Part shown: positions 10,133 to 22,830 of the stretch, in pieces
Layout of the letters: each line of letters starts with the position of its first letter
Numbering within the stretch: the stretch's first letter is position 1
From: Eledone cirrhosa
Lineage: Eukaryota
Direction: 5' to 3'
Assembly: GCA_964016885.1 (NCBI GenBank)
Contig: OZ024743.1
Span: 367,846,001 to 367,910,000, forward strand
DNA: 64,000 nt
Made by a program: the position numbers and the translations under genes
Notes under the pieces: model-generated
Seen by the model: the letters and a program-made list of their open reading frames with translations, nothing else
What the model was told of the DNA's origin: nothing
Database searches by the model: none

Positions 10133-13100
10133 TCATCATCATCATCATCATCATTTAACGTCCATCTTCCACGCTAGCATGGTTGTCTTGCTCGTATAGG
10201 ACTGTCTGGCGGGTTTTCTACGGCTGGATGCCCTTCCTAACACCAACCACGTTTACAGTGTGGACTGGGAGGTTTTTACTGTGTTACCTACACGGCCACA
10301 TTACAGCGTCGACTGTGTGTTTTTTTTTGTTGTGACACCTACACGACCTCATTTATTTAGGACTGGATGTTGTGGTACCAACATAACTTTACATTGAAAG
10401 AGGTGGTGTGGATAAAGTGGGGGTCGTGGGACGGGGGTGTATTTTGGTTAAGAGGTGCCTACAGACTGTAGGTTTCGCTTTGTACTTAGGCAAGGCGGGT
10501 CTTCTGTATTACTGTGTAGCGCCAAAGATCTCGGACCAGTGACATTGTCTTGGAGAGGTGTAAGTGTGTGAGGTCGGAATTTATCAAGTCGTCCCAGGTT
10601 TTTCTGGGTCTGCCTACTCCGTGGCTACCGTCTATTTTGATCGCCCTGCACTTTTTTTATACAGCTGTTACCTTTCGTGCGCATCATGTGACCATACCAA
10701 CGTAGTCTTCTCTCGAGTAAACAGCATCTGATCCCTCTTATTCCTAATTTCTCACTTAGTTCATTTATGCTTTGCCGTTCACGTATATTACTATTACACA
10801 TCCAACGGAGCATGCAAACTTTATTCCCCTCCAGTCTGCGTATATCCTCTGCATGCAATGCCCAAGTCTCACTGCCATGTAACATTGCTATTCGTATGCA
10901 GGCATCATACAGCCTGCCTCTCGTTTTTAGAGAGAAACCTTTAGCGGCCAATAGTGGTATAAGCTCTCTGAACTTTTTCCATCCCGTTCTGGCTCTAGCT
11001 ACTGTACTTTCAGAGCACCCTCCACCACTGCTGATTTTGTCACCCAGGTAACGGAAGGTGTCCACTATTTCTATAGAACCTTCTGTGCAATGGAATGAGC
11101 TAGTATTCTGTGGGCACTTGCTGCTACTTATTGCACCTGAGCACCGGCCACATATAAAATCTATATTCTTCGTTAGCTTACCTGTGATCCCACTACATTT
11201 TTTATGCATACATACTTTGCATTTGGGACATAAAATGAAGTTTCTGCCTACTCCTTTCCTACACACTGAGCATGGCCATTTCTCAGATGGGACCAGTGCC
11301 CTATTTTCCTTCCTACATACTAGAACTTTTGTCTTAGACAGGTTAATTTTAAGGCCTTTTGATTCTAGGCCATGCTTCCATGTTTGGAATTTCTTCTCTA
11401 GTTCAGCCATTGATTCAGCTATAAGCATTAGATAATCAGCGTATAGGAGTTCCCATGGGCAGCCAGTCTTGAACTCCTCTGTTATAGGCTAAAGGGCAAT
11501 AATAAATAGGAGGGGGCTAAGGACGGAGCCCTGATGAACACCAACTTTTACGCTAAACTTTTTACTATATTCATTGTTAATTCTAACCTTACTGACTGTT
11601 TCTTTATACATGGCTTGTATAGCTCTCACAAGCCATTCATCAACACCTAGTTTTCTGAGAGCCCACCAGATAATGGGGCATGGGGAATCTGTCAAAGGCT
11701 TTCTCCAAGTCAACAAATGCTAAGTATAGGGGTTTACTTTTAGGTAGGTACTTCTCCTGTAGTTGTCGTACAATGAAAAGAGCATCTGTGGTACTTTTAC
11801 CTGACACAAACCCGAACTGCATTTCATCTAGATCAATTTACTCTCTGATTAGTTGCGCTATTACTTTTTCTGTGACCTTCATGACCTAGTCAATTAATTT
11901 AATGCCTCTATAGTTTCCCCTATCTAGGGCATCTCCTTTACCCTTGTAGCAGTTAACGATGATGCTGCTATGCCAGTCCTTCGGTACGACCCCGTTCTGT
12001 ATGACTTGGTTTACTATCCGGGTGACCATAGTGTGTCCCACCATTCCAGATGCTTTCAGCATTTCAGCAACTATTTCCGAAGGCCCAGCCGCCTTGCCCG
12101 TCTTCATAACTTTGATTGCCTTACTTATTATACTACCTTCAACTTGCAGTGCTGGTCCCTCTATTGGATCGATGTGGGGGAGACTGTCTTTCTCCTATTT
12201 ATTCTCCTCATTTAGTAGCCTTTCGTAGTGACACTTCCAAGCTACCTTCTTATCAGTGTCAGTGGTGTCAAGTACACCATCATCATTAAGGACACACTTC
12301 TCCCCGACAATATCACGGTTTTCCTTGACACATTGCCTAGCAATCCTGAACTCCTCACGTTTTTGGTCCTTGCGTTGTAGAACTTTCTTTCCTCTGCTTC
12401 CCTTCTTTCGAAGTAGACTTGTCTCCTAGCTTCCCTCCTGGCCACTTGATAGTCTTCTCTACTTCCCCCATCCCGTCATACTTTCCAAGCCTGCTTTTTG
12501 GCCTTGATTTACTCCTCCACCTTACTGTTCCACCACCAAGTTACTCTCCACCTGCCTATAGTTCTGCTCCAGCCGCAGATTTCATCTGTCGCCTTCAGCA
12601 GGTTAGCTTTCAGGAATTCCCACTGTTCCTCTATATTGTATGACTCTAATTGCTCTTCCTTACTGTCAAAAGCATCAAGTAATATGCTTTTAAATTTATT
12701 ACTGGCTGTGGGGTCCTTTAGCTTCCATATTTTTCTCCTGAGGATAGTCCTCCTCTGTTGTCGAGTACGTCTCGTCCTAACTATGAGGTCGCTAACTATG
12801 AGTCTATGTTGGGAGGTGCATTCTTCATGGGGGAAGGATTTAGTGTTTACAACAGACACTCTGTCACATCTTCTGCTAAGGATATAATCTATCTGACTGG
12901 CGTGTTCCCCTGATCTATAGGTGATCAAGTGATTGTCTTGTTTTTTGAAGTTAGTGTTACAGATAGTTAGGTTATTTGCGTCACAGAATTCCAAGATTCT
13001 GGAATCTTCCTCATTTCTAGTACCAAACCCATAGCCTCCATGGATTCCGTCATAGCCGTCATAATGTTGTCCAACGTGACCATTTAGGTCGCCAGCAATA

Positions 13101-13250
13101 ATTATGTAGTCACTGTCGGTTATTTGGGAGGTAGTGAGCATTAATGACTCATAGAATCTGTCTTTTATAACGCCAGGCAGTCCGGATTGGGGTGCGTACA
13201 CAGATATTATTGTCACAGTAGTTCTATTTAGGACAATTCTTATTTTCATT
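10133..13250 (-). mobile_element. Decayed, 5'-truncated RTE LINE (APE endonuclease, RT, PHD-like finger), second subfamily
   Basis: Collinear ORF pieces 13249-12509 (ISVYAPQ, GDLNGHVG, SQIDY), 12107-11886, 11822-11640 (FVDLEKAFD), 11716-11489 and 11428-10625. (GAT)n tail at 10133-10154. Confidence 0.93.
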
Positions 13251-13809
13251 ATTCTGTCGTCCAGCTCAGAATAGTTACAGTGTATCCCTGTGTGTCATAT
13301 GAAGTGACTAAAAGGGTTGATCTTAGAAAGGGTATCTGGTTGTTAAACACTACCTGAAAAAGGTTATGTCCAACCCATGCTATTATGGAAAAGTTGATGT
13401 AAAAAGCGGTGAGGATGAGGATATACATTTTAAATATATATATATCATCATCCTCATCATCATCGTTTAACATCCATTTTCCACACTATCATGGGTTAGA
13501 GTGAGACAGCAGGTCGCTTTATAAATTTTGTGGTATCCAGTGGTTGGTGCAGGAACGGATTAAAGTATTTAAAATGACAACAGAAGGCCAGACTAGAAGA
13601 TATGCTGTAAATTTTAATACCAGCTCCATCATCCATTTATGATGCAAGACAAGATGATCTCATCAGGTAACTTCAACAGAATTACATAACAGAGTTACGT
13701 AGAAACACATACTTATCATGGAAGATTGGGAAAAGAGAATAGGAAATTGAAAAATGGAAAATGAAAATATGACTTGAGTATTAGCAATGAAGGAGTCTAG
13801 TGAGAGAGA

Positions 13810-14660
13810 CACATACAGGTGGTATTCTAAATAGATCCATCCACGACAACCTCCATCTCATGTGATACATCGTGGAGAGGGTAGCTAAGGAATCTGGCAC
13901 AGGTGGGGCTCTGATCAATTTAGAACAATCGAAAGCATTCTATAGGGTCGACCATCAGTATCTGGCAATGGTTCTGAGAGTGGATGGATTTAGGCCCATC
14001 TTCAGAGGCTGGATTGCTGCAATGCACAGCGACACCTGCTCTGTAGTGAGAGTGAACCTTCACCTTTTGGAACCGTTCAACATCATGCACTTGGTACACC
14101 AAGGTTGCCCCTCTCTTCCCAGTTGTATGTATTGACTTTAGAGTCATTACTGCACAAACTGGAGACAAATAAGAGCATCCCGCGTGAACTGGGATGTGGG
14201 AGAACCATGTCAGCTTATGCTGATGATGTCACCATTATGGTGTCAAGTGTCAAACATACTAAGGCAATCAGCACAACACTAAACAAATACGAGGTGGTGA
14301 CAGGAGCAATGATTAAGCAGGTAAAGTTGATGGGCCTATGACTTAGCACCTGGAGAGGCTGGTCCATAATGTTCAACAGCATTGTTGGGTGCTGGACAGA
14401 TGTACGGGTTAAATTGCTAGGGGTCTGGTTTGGTCCGGACTTCCAGACGGACAAAAACTGGGATGAGATGACGAGCAGGGTGGCCTCTCTCACCCAGAAA
14501 TGGGCTGAGTGAAAGCTATCCCTGAAAGGTTGGGTGGAGGTGGTGAATGCATTCATCACATCCACCATCTACTACTGCTTGACCATAGTGCCTTGTCCTA
14601 AGCCTCGACTAACTGCACAGGAGCGTTTGCTCTTTTGCTCTCTGTGGAAAGGACGCCTGA
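13810..14660 (+). mobile_element. Tx1/L1-like LINE RT fragment
   Basis: RSIHDNLHL..INLEQSKAFYRVDH..QGCPLS..AYADDVTI..VKLLGVWFG..KLSLKG, with frameshifts and stops. Confidence 0.8.
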
Positions 14661-15080
14661 CCCTGCTCATAACAGTGCCATACAGTTCCACACTGTAAAT
14701 GTGCCTATGGCTTCAAAACTATGGTTCCTCTATGAGAAGAGTATGGCACTGACAACTGGCCTGTCCATCCTCATAAGAGTACCATCCAATTCCTCACTGT
14801 AAATGTGGGAGCGGCTCCAAAAGTATGGTTTCACCGTGAGCAGGGTTTGGCTCAGCCAAATGGCTCGTCCCACCTCATAACTCTGCCATTCAGTTCCACA
14901 CTGTAAATGATGTTGGTGTTAGGAAAGGCATCCAGCTGTAAAAATCCCAACCAAATTCACAGTTCCTTCTGCATAAGCTATGGCATGGCCAATCTATCCA
15001 GAATTCTCTGAAGACATAAACGCCCAATCTAACCCTTGCAAGCATGGAAAATGGACTATAAACAGTGAAGATGATGATGA
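14660..15080 (+). mobile_element. Bipartite RTE-derived non-autonomous element with internal repeats
   Basis: cacactgtaaa..ggtgttaggaaaggcatccagctgtaaaa plus RTE-type tail aacccttgcaagcatggaaaatggac..gatgatga. Similar copies at 18950-19365, 19645-19880, 25505-25755 and 27290-27730. Confidence 0.75.
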
Positions 15081-15081
15081 T

Positions 15082-15108
<27 letters not shown>

Positions 15109-15112
<4 letters not shown>

Positions 15113-15212
15113 AGCAAGACAACTGGAAAATGAAAGGGAAAAGTATGATCTGTTGGCACACTGAGATGAAGGAATACTGCATTACATGGTCAAATGTAAA
15201 GATTAGATGATA

Positions 15213-15277
<65 letters not shown>

Positions 15278-15292
15278 TATATATATATACAC

Positions 15293-15329
<37 letters not shown>

Positions 15330-15550
15330 CATACATACATATTATATATGTATGTATACATATATATATATCATATATACATCATATATATATATATATA
15401 TGATGTATCATCTAATCTTTACATTTGACCATGTAATGCAGTATTCCTTCATCTCAGTGTGCCAACAGATCATACTTTTCCCTTTCCCCATTCTCCTTTC
15501 TCCATCTCTCATCTATTTCTCACTTTCATTTTCCGGTTGCCTTGCTTACA
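15109..15550. repeat. Inverted repeat (~110-bp arms) around a (TA)n/(CA)n spacer
   Basis: 15109-15218 is the reverse complement of 15400-15550, except for a ~40-bp segment present only in the right arm. Confidence 0.9.
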
Positions 15551-15799
15551 CTCTATCTTTTCTTTCATCTCAGCACAACTTTATGAAAGCACACATACAC
15601 ACACATGCATACATACATGCACACATACATACATACACACACACACATGAGTACACATACACGCACACATTGTAAATATTCATTATTGTAATACATGATG
15701 TATATAACAATTAAAACTGAACTTAAGGAGTGTTTTAGGGTTTTAGTCTTATTGCTTGACTATTGGCAGTTGAAAACCCACATCAATACTTCTCATAGT

Positions 15800-16326
15800 T
15801 TTGTTAATATCATCACCATCATCAACACCACCACCACCAACAACAACAACATCACTACCACCACCACCACCACCAACAACAACACCAGCACCACCACCAC
15901 CAACAACACCATCACCACCACCACCATCACCACCACCACCAACAACAACAACTCCATCACTACCACCAACACTACCATAGTCAACTCAGCCACAAATACT
16001 ACCACCAATACCATCCTCACTGCAACTACCACTAAAACCACCACCACCACCACCGCCACTATCACCACCGCCACTATCACCACCACCACCACCACCACTA
16101 TCACCACCACCACCACCACCACCACCACCACCACCACCACCACCACTGCCACCACTATCACCACCACCACCACTATCACCACCACCACCACCACTATCAC
16201 CACCACCACTATCACCACCACCACCACCACCATCACCACTACCACCACCACCACCACCATCACCACTACCACCACCACCACCACCACCACCACCACCACT
16301 ACCACCAACACCACCGCCACCATCAT
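15800..16326. repeat. (CAC)n/(CAT)n trinucleotide microsatellite
   Basis: About 520 bp of imperfect CAC repeats, producing spurious poly-T/V/G ORFs. Confidence 0.95.
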
Positions 16327-16543
16327 CAGACAATACATATATCTTAATTCTGCCCTGGTAGACACAGTTCAACAAGACTGTATTTATGATCCAAAATCTT
16401 TCTGAAGACCTGTGTTTAACATCTCAGATCTGTACTGTTAATCAGATGAGAAATATATCCATATCCATACAAACACACACATACATGCATATATATCTTA
16501 TTTCTTTCCATTCATCACTGAAAAACTAGCCAGACATTATTAT

Positions 16544-16925
16544 AAAGTACCAGTAATACACTGGGTAATTGCTGGCCTTGTGCCAAAAGTAGAAACAATT
16601 ATTTAGAGCAGTGGATTGGCAGTATTGGTAGAGGGTCGGACGCCATGCTTTGACGTATAGAGTTACGGCCCTTGCCATTCTGAGTTCAAATCCCGCCGAG
16701 GTTAAATTTGCCTGTCATCCTTACGGGGTCGATAAAATAAAGTACCATTAATGCACTGGGTAATTGCTGGCCTTGTGCCTAACATAGAAACAATTATTTC
16801 TCTTTACAAATCCCGCCGAGGTTAACTTTGCCTTTCATCCTTACGGGGTCAATAAAATAAAGTACCAGTAATGTACTGGGTAATTGCTGGCCTTGTGCCA
16901 ATAGTAGAAACAATTATTTCTCTTT
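16544..16925 (+). mobile_element. tRNA-derived SINE cluster (one full and two partial copies)
   Basis: B-box gagttcaaatcccg at about 16682 and repeated 3' ends. Confidence 0.85.
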
Positions 16926-16970
16926 ACACTTTTTTACCACTATAATGGTCACTATTTGCATATATATATA

Positions 16971-17323
16971 TACGATATTAAATAAATGGAAATTATATTT
17001 ATAAAACCATATTTATTTCATTATATATATTTCAGGGATATCATATTAAAAATATGTTATGCCTTCTTCAGACAAAATACAATATAGACAGTCTTATAAA
17101 TAAATAGATTCGACATACCTTTCAACATCGACTTGCATTTGAATCAACTCTTCAAATGCAAGTCGATGTTGAAAGGTATGTCGAATCTATTTATTTATAA
17201 GACTGTCTATATTGTATTTTGTCTGAAGAAGGCATAACATATTTTTAATATGATATCCCTGAAATATATATAATGAAATAAATATGGTTTTATAAATATA
17301 ATTTCCATTTATTTAATATCGTA
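16971..17323. repeat. Apparently perfect 173-bp-arm palindrome (7-nt loop) carrying paired hammerhead motifs
   Basis: Arms 16971-17143 and 17151-17323, loop TCAACTC. Flanked by (TA)n, with an unpaired ~90-bp tail on the right. Confidence 0.95.
17213..17280 (+). ncRNA. Minimal hammerhead ribozyme motif (mirror copy on minus strand at about 17014-17081)
   Basis: CTGAAGA(17223) agg catAACATATTTTTAATATGatat c cct GAAA(17261) tatata. Stem I is weak. Confidence 0.65.
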
Positions 17324-17934
17324 AATATACTCCAAATACTTGTTGAGTGCTTTTATATCAGTTATAAATATTTACTCGTTATAACCCAACAATTTAAATA
17401 TAACTTTCTATGTATATATATATATATATATTATGTGTGTGTGTGTGTGTATGTATACATATATATATATGTGTGTATAAGTAAATATGTATATATATAA
17501 TCCGTCTTTTGAAATTCTTCTCTACCTACTCAAAGAACTCTTTCCTTTTTTCCCATTCTCTCAACCTCACCTCCTACTACACCTCTTCCCTCCTCTCCCA
17601 CCCCCTCTAATTCACTATTTGATATCTGCTCCTTAAAAGAGCCCCCCCCACCACCACCACCACCACTACCATCCCCAACCACTAGGAAGACTATAAGTGT
17701 CAACAACTTTCTATGTCACCCTGCATTTCATAAGAACGAAACAGTTCTACTACTGTAGATGCCATTTCTATATTAAATATATATATCATCACCATCATCA
17801 TCACTGTTTAGCATCCATTTTCCATGTTTGCATGGGTTAGATGGGTCATCCACGCCATAAGGTAAGCCTGGCTAGAGTTGGCCATGTTGTACCTTGCTCT
17901 AGTGAGGACTGTAAATTTGGCCATGTTGACACAG

Positions 17935-18153
17935 CACACAAAAACAAGATGGTGTAGGACAGAACAAAGGAGAGACACAAAATAAAAACCTAGTCACTGA
18001 GGAGGTCACAGAGTGTGTGACGAAAGAGCTTTGACAATATATAAACAACCATCTGGTTATTGAAACAACCAACTGGAAATTTATAATAAATTGAAGTGAA
18101 AACCGACAGGTGCATGTTTTTATTGGCAACATGCCACCCCCCCAATATAACAA
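17935..18153 (+). mobile_element. Solo Penelope pseudo-LTR
   Basis: Homologous to the pLTRs at 25787-26080 and 27040-27262. Ends in (TA)n. Confidence 0.8.
17993..18035 (+). ncRNA. Type-I hammerhead ribozyme in pLTR
   Basis: GTCA CTGAGGA g GTCACA gagtg TGTGAC GAAA gagctt TGAC. Stems I and II both pair. Confidence 0.8.
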
Positions 18154-18559
18154 TATATATATATATATATACACATACACATCTGTATGTGTGTATTTAT
18201 AGGCACACATACATATATACATAAGGGCTGCAATATCTTCACAGATGATTACCGTCTCTTAATGAATCTCCATTGTCATTCCATCCGCCTCCATGACTTC
18301 ATAGATGACTTAATAGACCATCTGCAGATCTGCCTGGTTTAAGACACAGGTGACAGAAGAGAGCTGTGCTTTCCACAGGATTGTTGGGGTCATTTTGTGG
18401 AGTACAATCTTTATGCACCACCATGTGTTTTTTTAATCCGGAACTAGCTCTACACACTTTGTTGCATATCATGCACATTGTTTCACCAGGTCTTTGTTGA
18501 ATGATGTTGCGGGTGGTTGTTCTTTCATGTGACTTCAGGTGATTAATGTTAGCAGCTTT

Positions 18560-18950
18560 TGAAAGGAGAATTCATTAACAGAATTTGCATGTCCAACTAC
18601 TGATGTGTTTTCATCAAGACTGTAAGCATAATCTTTCTGGAGCTGATGCTTCAGTTGTTTATGTTCTAAGTGACATTCTTAAATGCTTTGCAACTGCCCT
18701 TTATGAACTTTCTCCACTCAGCCTTATTTAGAGCTATCTCCTCCCAGTCGTCTATATCAAATGCCAGCTCTTTGAGGTTGTTCGGTTTATGTTGAGGCAT
18801 TTTTCCAATGTAAAACAGTTGCTTTGAGATCTTGCTTTCTTTCATGCGGACAATATGTCCTGTCCAGTGCATTTGAGATGTTACTAGATACTTAATGCTT
18901 GGACATTCTGCTTTGACAAAGATATTGATGTCGGGAGTGACCTCTCTCAT
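18560..18950 (-). mobile_element. RTE (BovB-like) LINE 3' fragment
   Basis: HWTGHIVRMKESKISKQLFY...DIDDWEEIALNKAEWR. Confidence 0.7.
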
Positions 18951-19379
18951 AATGGGACAACCGAGCTCCCAAAATATAGTTCAGCTGTGAGCAGGGTATG
19001 GCATGGTCAACTGGCCAGACCCTCCTCATAATGGTACCTCCCAGCTCCACACTGTAAACGTGGTTAGTGTTAGGAAGGGCATCCAGCAGTCATAAAAACC
19101 CAGCCAACACACAGTCCCAATATGTGCAAGGTATGGCACAGCCATCTAGCCAGACTTGTCTCATAACAGTGCCACCCAGTTCCATACTGTAAACATTGGT
19201 TGGTGCTAGGAAGGGCATCCAGCTGTAAAAATCCCTGCCAAAATACAGTTCCGTTTGAGCAAGGTACGGTGTGGCCAACTGGCTAGACTTGTCTCATAAT
19301 GTGGATGACCCATCTAACCCATGCAAGCATAGAAAAATAGACATTAAATGGTGGTGATGATGATGATATATATATATAG

Positions 19380-19640
19380 TGAGAGAACTAGGATTTAGCT
19401 TCAGACATAGCTATATACAGATATGTATAGGAATTTCGTATTTCTAAAGAAACATGGTATGTTTATAGATAAGCATTTAAAAAGCCATAGCTATGAAAAA
19501 AACACCATGGGGGGCTATCCCCTCTGGTGGTGTCCAGCAGAAGCAAGGGGGACAATCGTCAATGCATTTCGAACTTAACTGGTTCTCATCAGGACGATTC
19601 CTCCCAACTCTTGCAACGGCTGGATTTGAAAACAGTCGAG
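19380..19640 (-). mobile_element. Retrozyme-like non-coding element, related to 54571-55260
   Basis: Shares gaatttcgtatttctaaagaaac and ctctggtggtgtccagcagaagcaagg with 54770-54865 and carries an intact hammerhead motif. Confidence 0.7.
19554..19599 (-). ncRNA. Type-I hammerhead ribozyme (best-preserved in window)
   Basis: Minus strand: AATCGTC CTGATGA GAAC cagttaa GTTC GAAA TGCAT T GACGATT. 7-bp stem I, 4-bp stem II, palindromic ATGCAT stem III. Confidence 0.88.
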
Positions 19641-19879
19641 AATATCATCATCATCATCATCTTCATCATCATCATTTAACGTCTATCTTCCACGCTAACA
19701 TGGGTTAGACGGGAATTGTCCCATTTGAGGTAAGATTGGTCGGGTGATCATGTCTCGCTCGTATAGAACTATCTGGCAGGTTTTCTACGGTTGGGTGCCC
19801 TTCCTAATACCAACTACATTTACAGTGTGGGGGAGCTTTTTACCGTGTTACCTATATGACCACATTACAGCGTGTACTG

Positions 19880-19926
<47 letters not shown>

Positions 19927-20309
19927 AATCATAAATCATATATATATCATAAATCATGTCCTTAGAATTATTAGATAAAATATATACCATTTCCTCTCCC
20001 AATTAGCATAATTAACCATGTAAAAAATCAATTAGACCAAGCTATAAGAATAAAGGCTCTTATGAAGAAATTTCTGACAAATAACCGAAACCAGCCTCTT
20101 CGCGGTGGCCCCAATAGAGTATTTATCCAACATTTCAACAGCATGTAGAAACTGACTAAATATACCATCAACCATACACAATTAGGTGTAAATTCAAACT
20201 TAGAAGAAATGTGTACATACTGTAATTATATCTTTACCATGGTTTCATCCATATTTTTAGACATCCAATTAACAGGATATACGTATATATATATATATAT
20301 ACACATATG

Positions 20310-20645
20310 CATCATCATCATCATCATCATCATTTCATTTTACGTCTGCTTTTTCCCTGCTTGCAAGGGTGGGACGGGAACTGATTCTGGCTTGATTTCT
20401 ACAGCTGGATGCCCTTCCTAACACCAATCTCATTTACAGTGAGTGCTGGGTGCTTTTTTGCCGTGGCACCTCCACAACCACTTTGCAGTGGAATGATATG
20501 GATCCCAGTCCTATCATCTCATTTCTACAGCTGAGTAAACTGGAGCAATGTGAAATAAAGTGTCTTGCTCAAGGAAACAACACATCACCCGGTCTGAGAA
20601 TTGAACTCACAACCGTTCGATTGCAAGGCCAATGCTCTAACCACT
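20310..20645 (-). mobile_element. tRNA-head CORE-like SINE with RTE-derived middle and 3' tail
   Basis: Minus strand: agtggttagagcattgg (A-box), gagttcaattc (B-box), tccttgagcaagacactt (CORE-like), then ggtgttaggaagggcatccagc and the tail cccacccttgcaagcaggg..gatgatg. Truncated copy at 48050-48330. Confidence 0.75.
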
Positions 20646-21404
20646 ATTATTTTCATTATCATATTCTTTTCTTAACTATGTCTACTTTTTTCCACGACTT
20701 TCTCCTCCTCTTTGTTATTGCCATGATTGCCATTATTTGCAATGTATGTACGTAAGTATGTATGTATGGATTTATAATTCTGGTTTTATAATTTCACAAA
20801 TTTATGTGTGTATGTATTCATGTATGCATGTATGCATTTGTTGGAGCAACTGTTTTTATTGCTGGATATAATAAATATATTACATCCAGCTGTACAAAGA
20901 TCCCAAACAAATTATTAGGAGAACCCGTTAGTTGTGTCAAAGCCAGACAACTTCTCTAATGCTTGCATCACTTGGTAGAGCATGGGGACAATGTAAGCTA
21001 GATGAGAACCCTTACTCTGTCTGGGAGGTCAGTAGCTCCACTGGAGTACTGACTCAATCTGTGAAAATCGGTCCTAAGCTTACTAGCTGGGAAAATGGAC
21101 ATTAAATGATGGTGATTATGGTGATGATATGTATATAAACCTAGTTCTTGATCAAAAGAAATTCGGTTATGATGGAAAGTGACTTCATAAAACTAGATAT
21201 TATATTAAGTTGTGTGTGTGCGCCAGTGCAGGTATCCAGTGTGCATGTGTCTGTGTGTGCATGTGAAAGGGAGGGGGAAGTATGTGAGGGAGTGATAGTC
21301 TTTCAGTTGACCATCTATTTGTTTGAAATTTAATCGCTGTCCATTCCACTAACAGTACTTTCCAGTCAGATAATTTGATGTAAAATATAATTATGGTCAT
21401 TAAT

Positions 21405-21588
21405 TGTTTCTACTTTAGGCACAAGGCCAGCAATTACCAGTGCATTACTGGTACTTTATTTTATCGACCCCGTAAGGATGAAAGGCAAAGTCAACCTCGG
21501 TGGGATTTGAACTCAGATGGTAAAGGGACGTAACTATGCTGGAAAGCATGGCGTCCGACCCTCCACCGATACTGCCAATCCACCGCCT
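21405..21588 (-). mobile_element. Full-length tRNA-derived SINE with ~17-bp TSD
   Basis: taattatggtcattaat on both sides, which defines the monomer of the 187-bp array. Confidence 0.9.
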
Positions 21589-22637
21589 TATAATTATGGT
21601 CATTAATGAACTGAAATTGTGTCCTGGGTAATACAACCCCCTCAAACTCTAGATGTGCGCTAAATACACATCTTGTGGTAGATATGTGTTAAATCTATCT
21701 CTTTTTTCTTTTTTATCTTTTTCCTTCATTTATATCTTTTTGTTTTGATTTCATTAAGAATATATTTCTTATTCTATTTTTCCCTTTGTATTTAATTTGC
21801 ATATTGTTTGTTTGGGTTTAAATTTTTTTGTATGGAAATGTTTGAAAAGTGTTATGCTTGCTATAGCTCCTGATGGATTAGTTGATTTATCTTTGTGATA
21901 TTGATGTTTGCATTTGTTTCAATAATATCATCTACAATGGCCAAGTTTTCAATTTTTATTGCTATTGCTATTTCAATCATTAGGTTTTATGATTATGAGG
22001 GACATTCATTGATCCACAATAAGTTCTGAAAAGCAATGGATTGGTAGAATCATAATTGTTGAACAAAATAGCTGTCATATTTGTTATGGCCCTTGATAGT
22101 CAAATCTTTCCTTTTGAGTTGATCAAATAAAGCATCCATCATGTATTGGTGTTAATTCCTATAAAACATCCAAGATGTCACTGGAATTACAATAAAAGAC
22201 AAGATCATTTGTAAATCTTAATTCTTTAACCATTACATCTATAAAAATATGATGCAATGATAGGAGCAAAAATTAACCTGGAAAAATCTGTAAGCTTGCA
22301 TGTTAGTACCTGGAAAGTACATGTCCTCATGTAAATTTGTTGAAAAGTGGTGAACTTGTATTGGGGAATACATCTGGGAGAGGGCACGTATCTTTGGCAG
22401 TTAGGTTCATCTTGGATCTATGAAGTTCATTCATTGGTCTTATGTAGCATTTTTCATACTGAAGACCGTTTTTATATTGTTATTCAATGATACTGAGATC
22501 AGCTTTAATGTCCACCCTTCTGGTATTGATAAACATTAGTACCAGTCAAATAGCGAGGTTGAGTGGATTGCCTACACCTCTCCTCAAAATGTTTAAATTT
22601 ATGTCGGTGTATTTTATCATCATTATTATAATTATAT

Positions 22638-22830
22638 TAGGGCGGTGGATTGGCAGTATCAGTAGAGAGTCGGGCACCATGCTTTGAAGCATAGAGTTAC
22701 GTCCCTTTATGATCTGAGTTCAAATGCTGCTGAGGTTAACTTTGCTTTTCATCCTTACAGGGTCGATCAAATAAAGTACCAGTAATGTACTGGGTAATTG
22801 CTGACCTTGTACCAAAAATAGAAACAATTA
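22638..22830 (+). mobile_element. Full-length tRNA-derived SINE
   Basis: Flanked by a direct repeat attattataattatatt. Confidence 0.85.

Noticed and set aside
15695-16405. 236-aa Thr-rich mucin-like ORF and antisense poly-V/poly-G ORFs
   Set aside because: Translation of a (CAC)n microsatellite, with no signal peptide or splice support.
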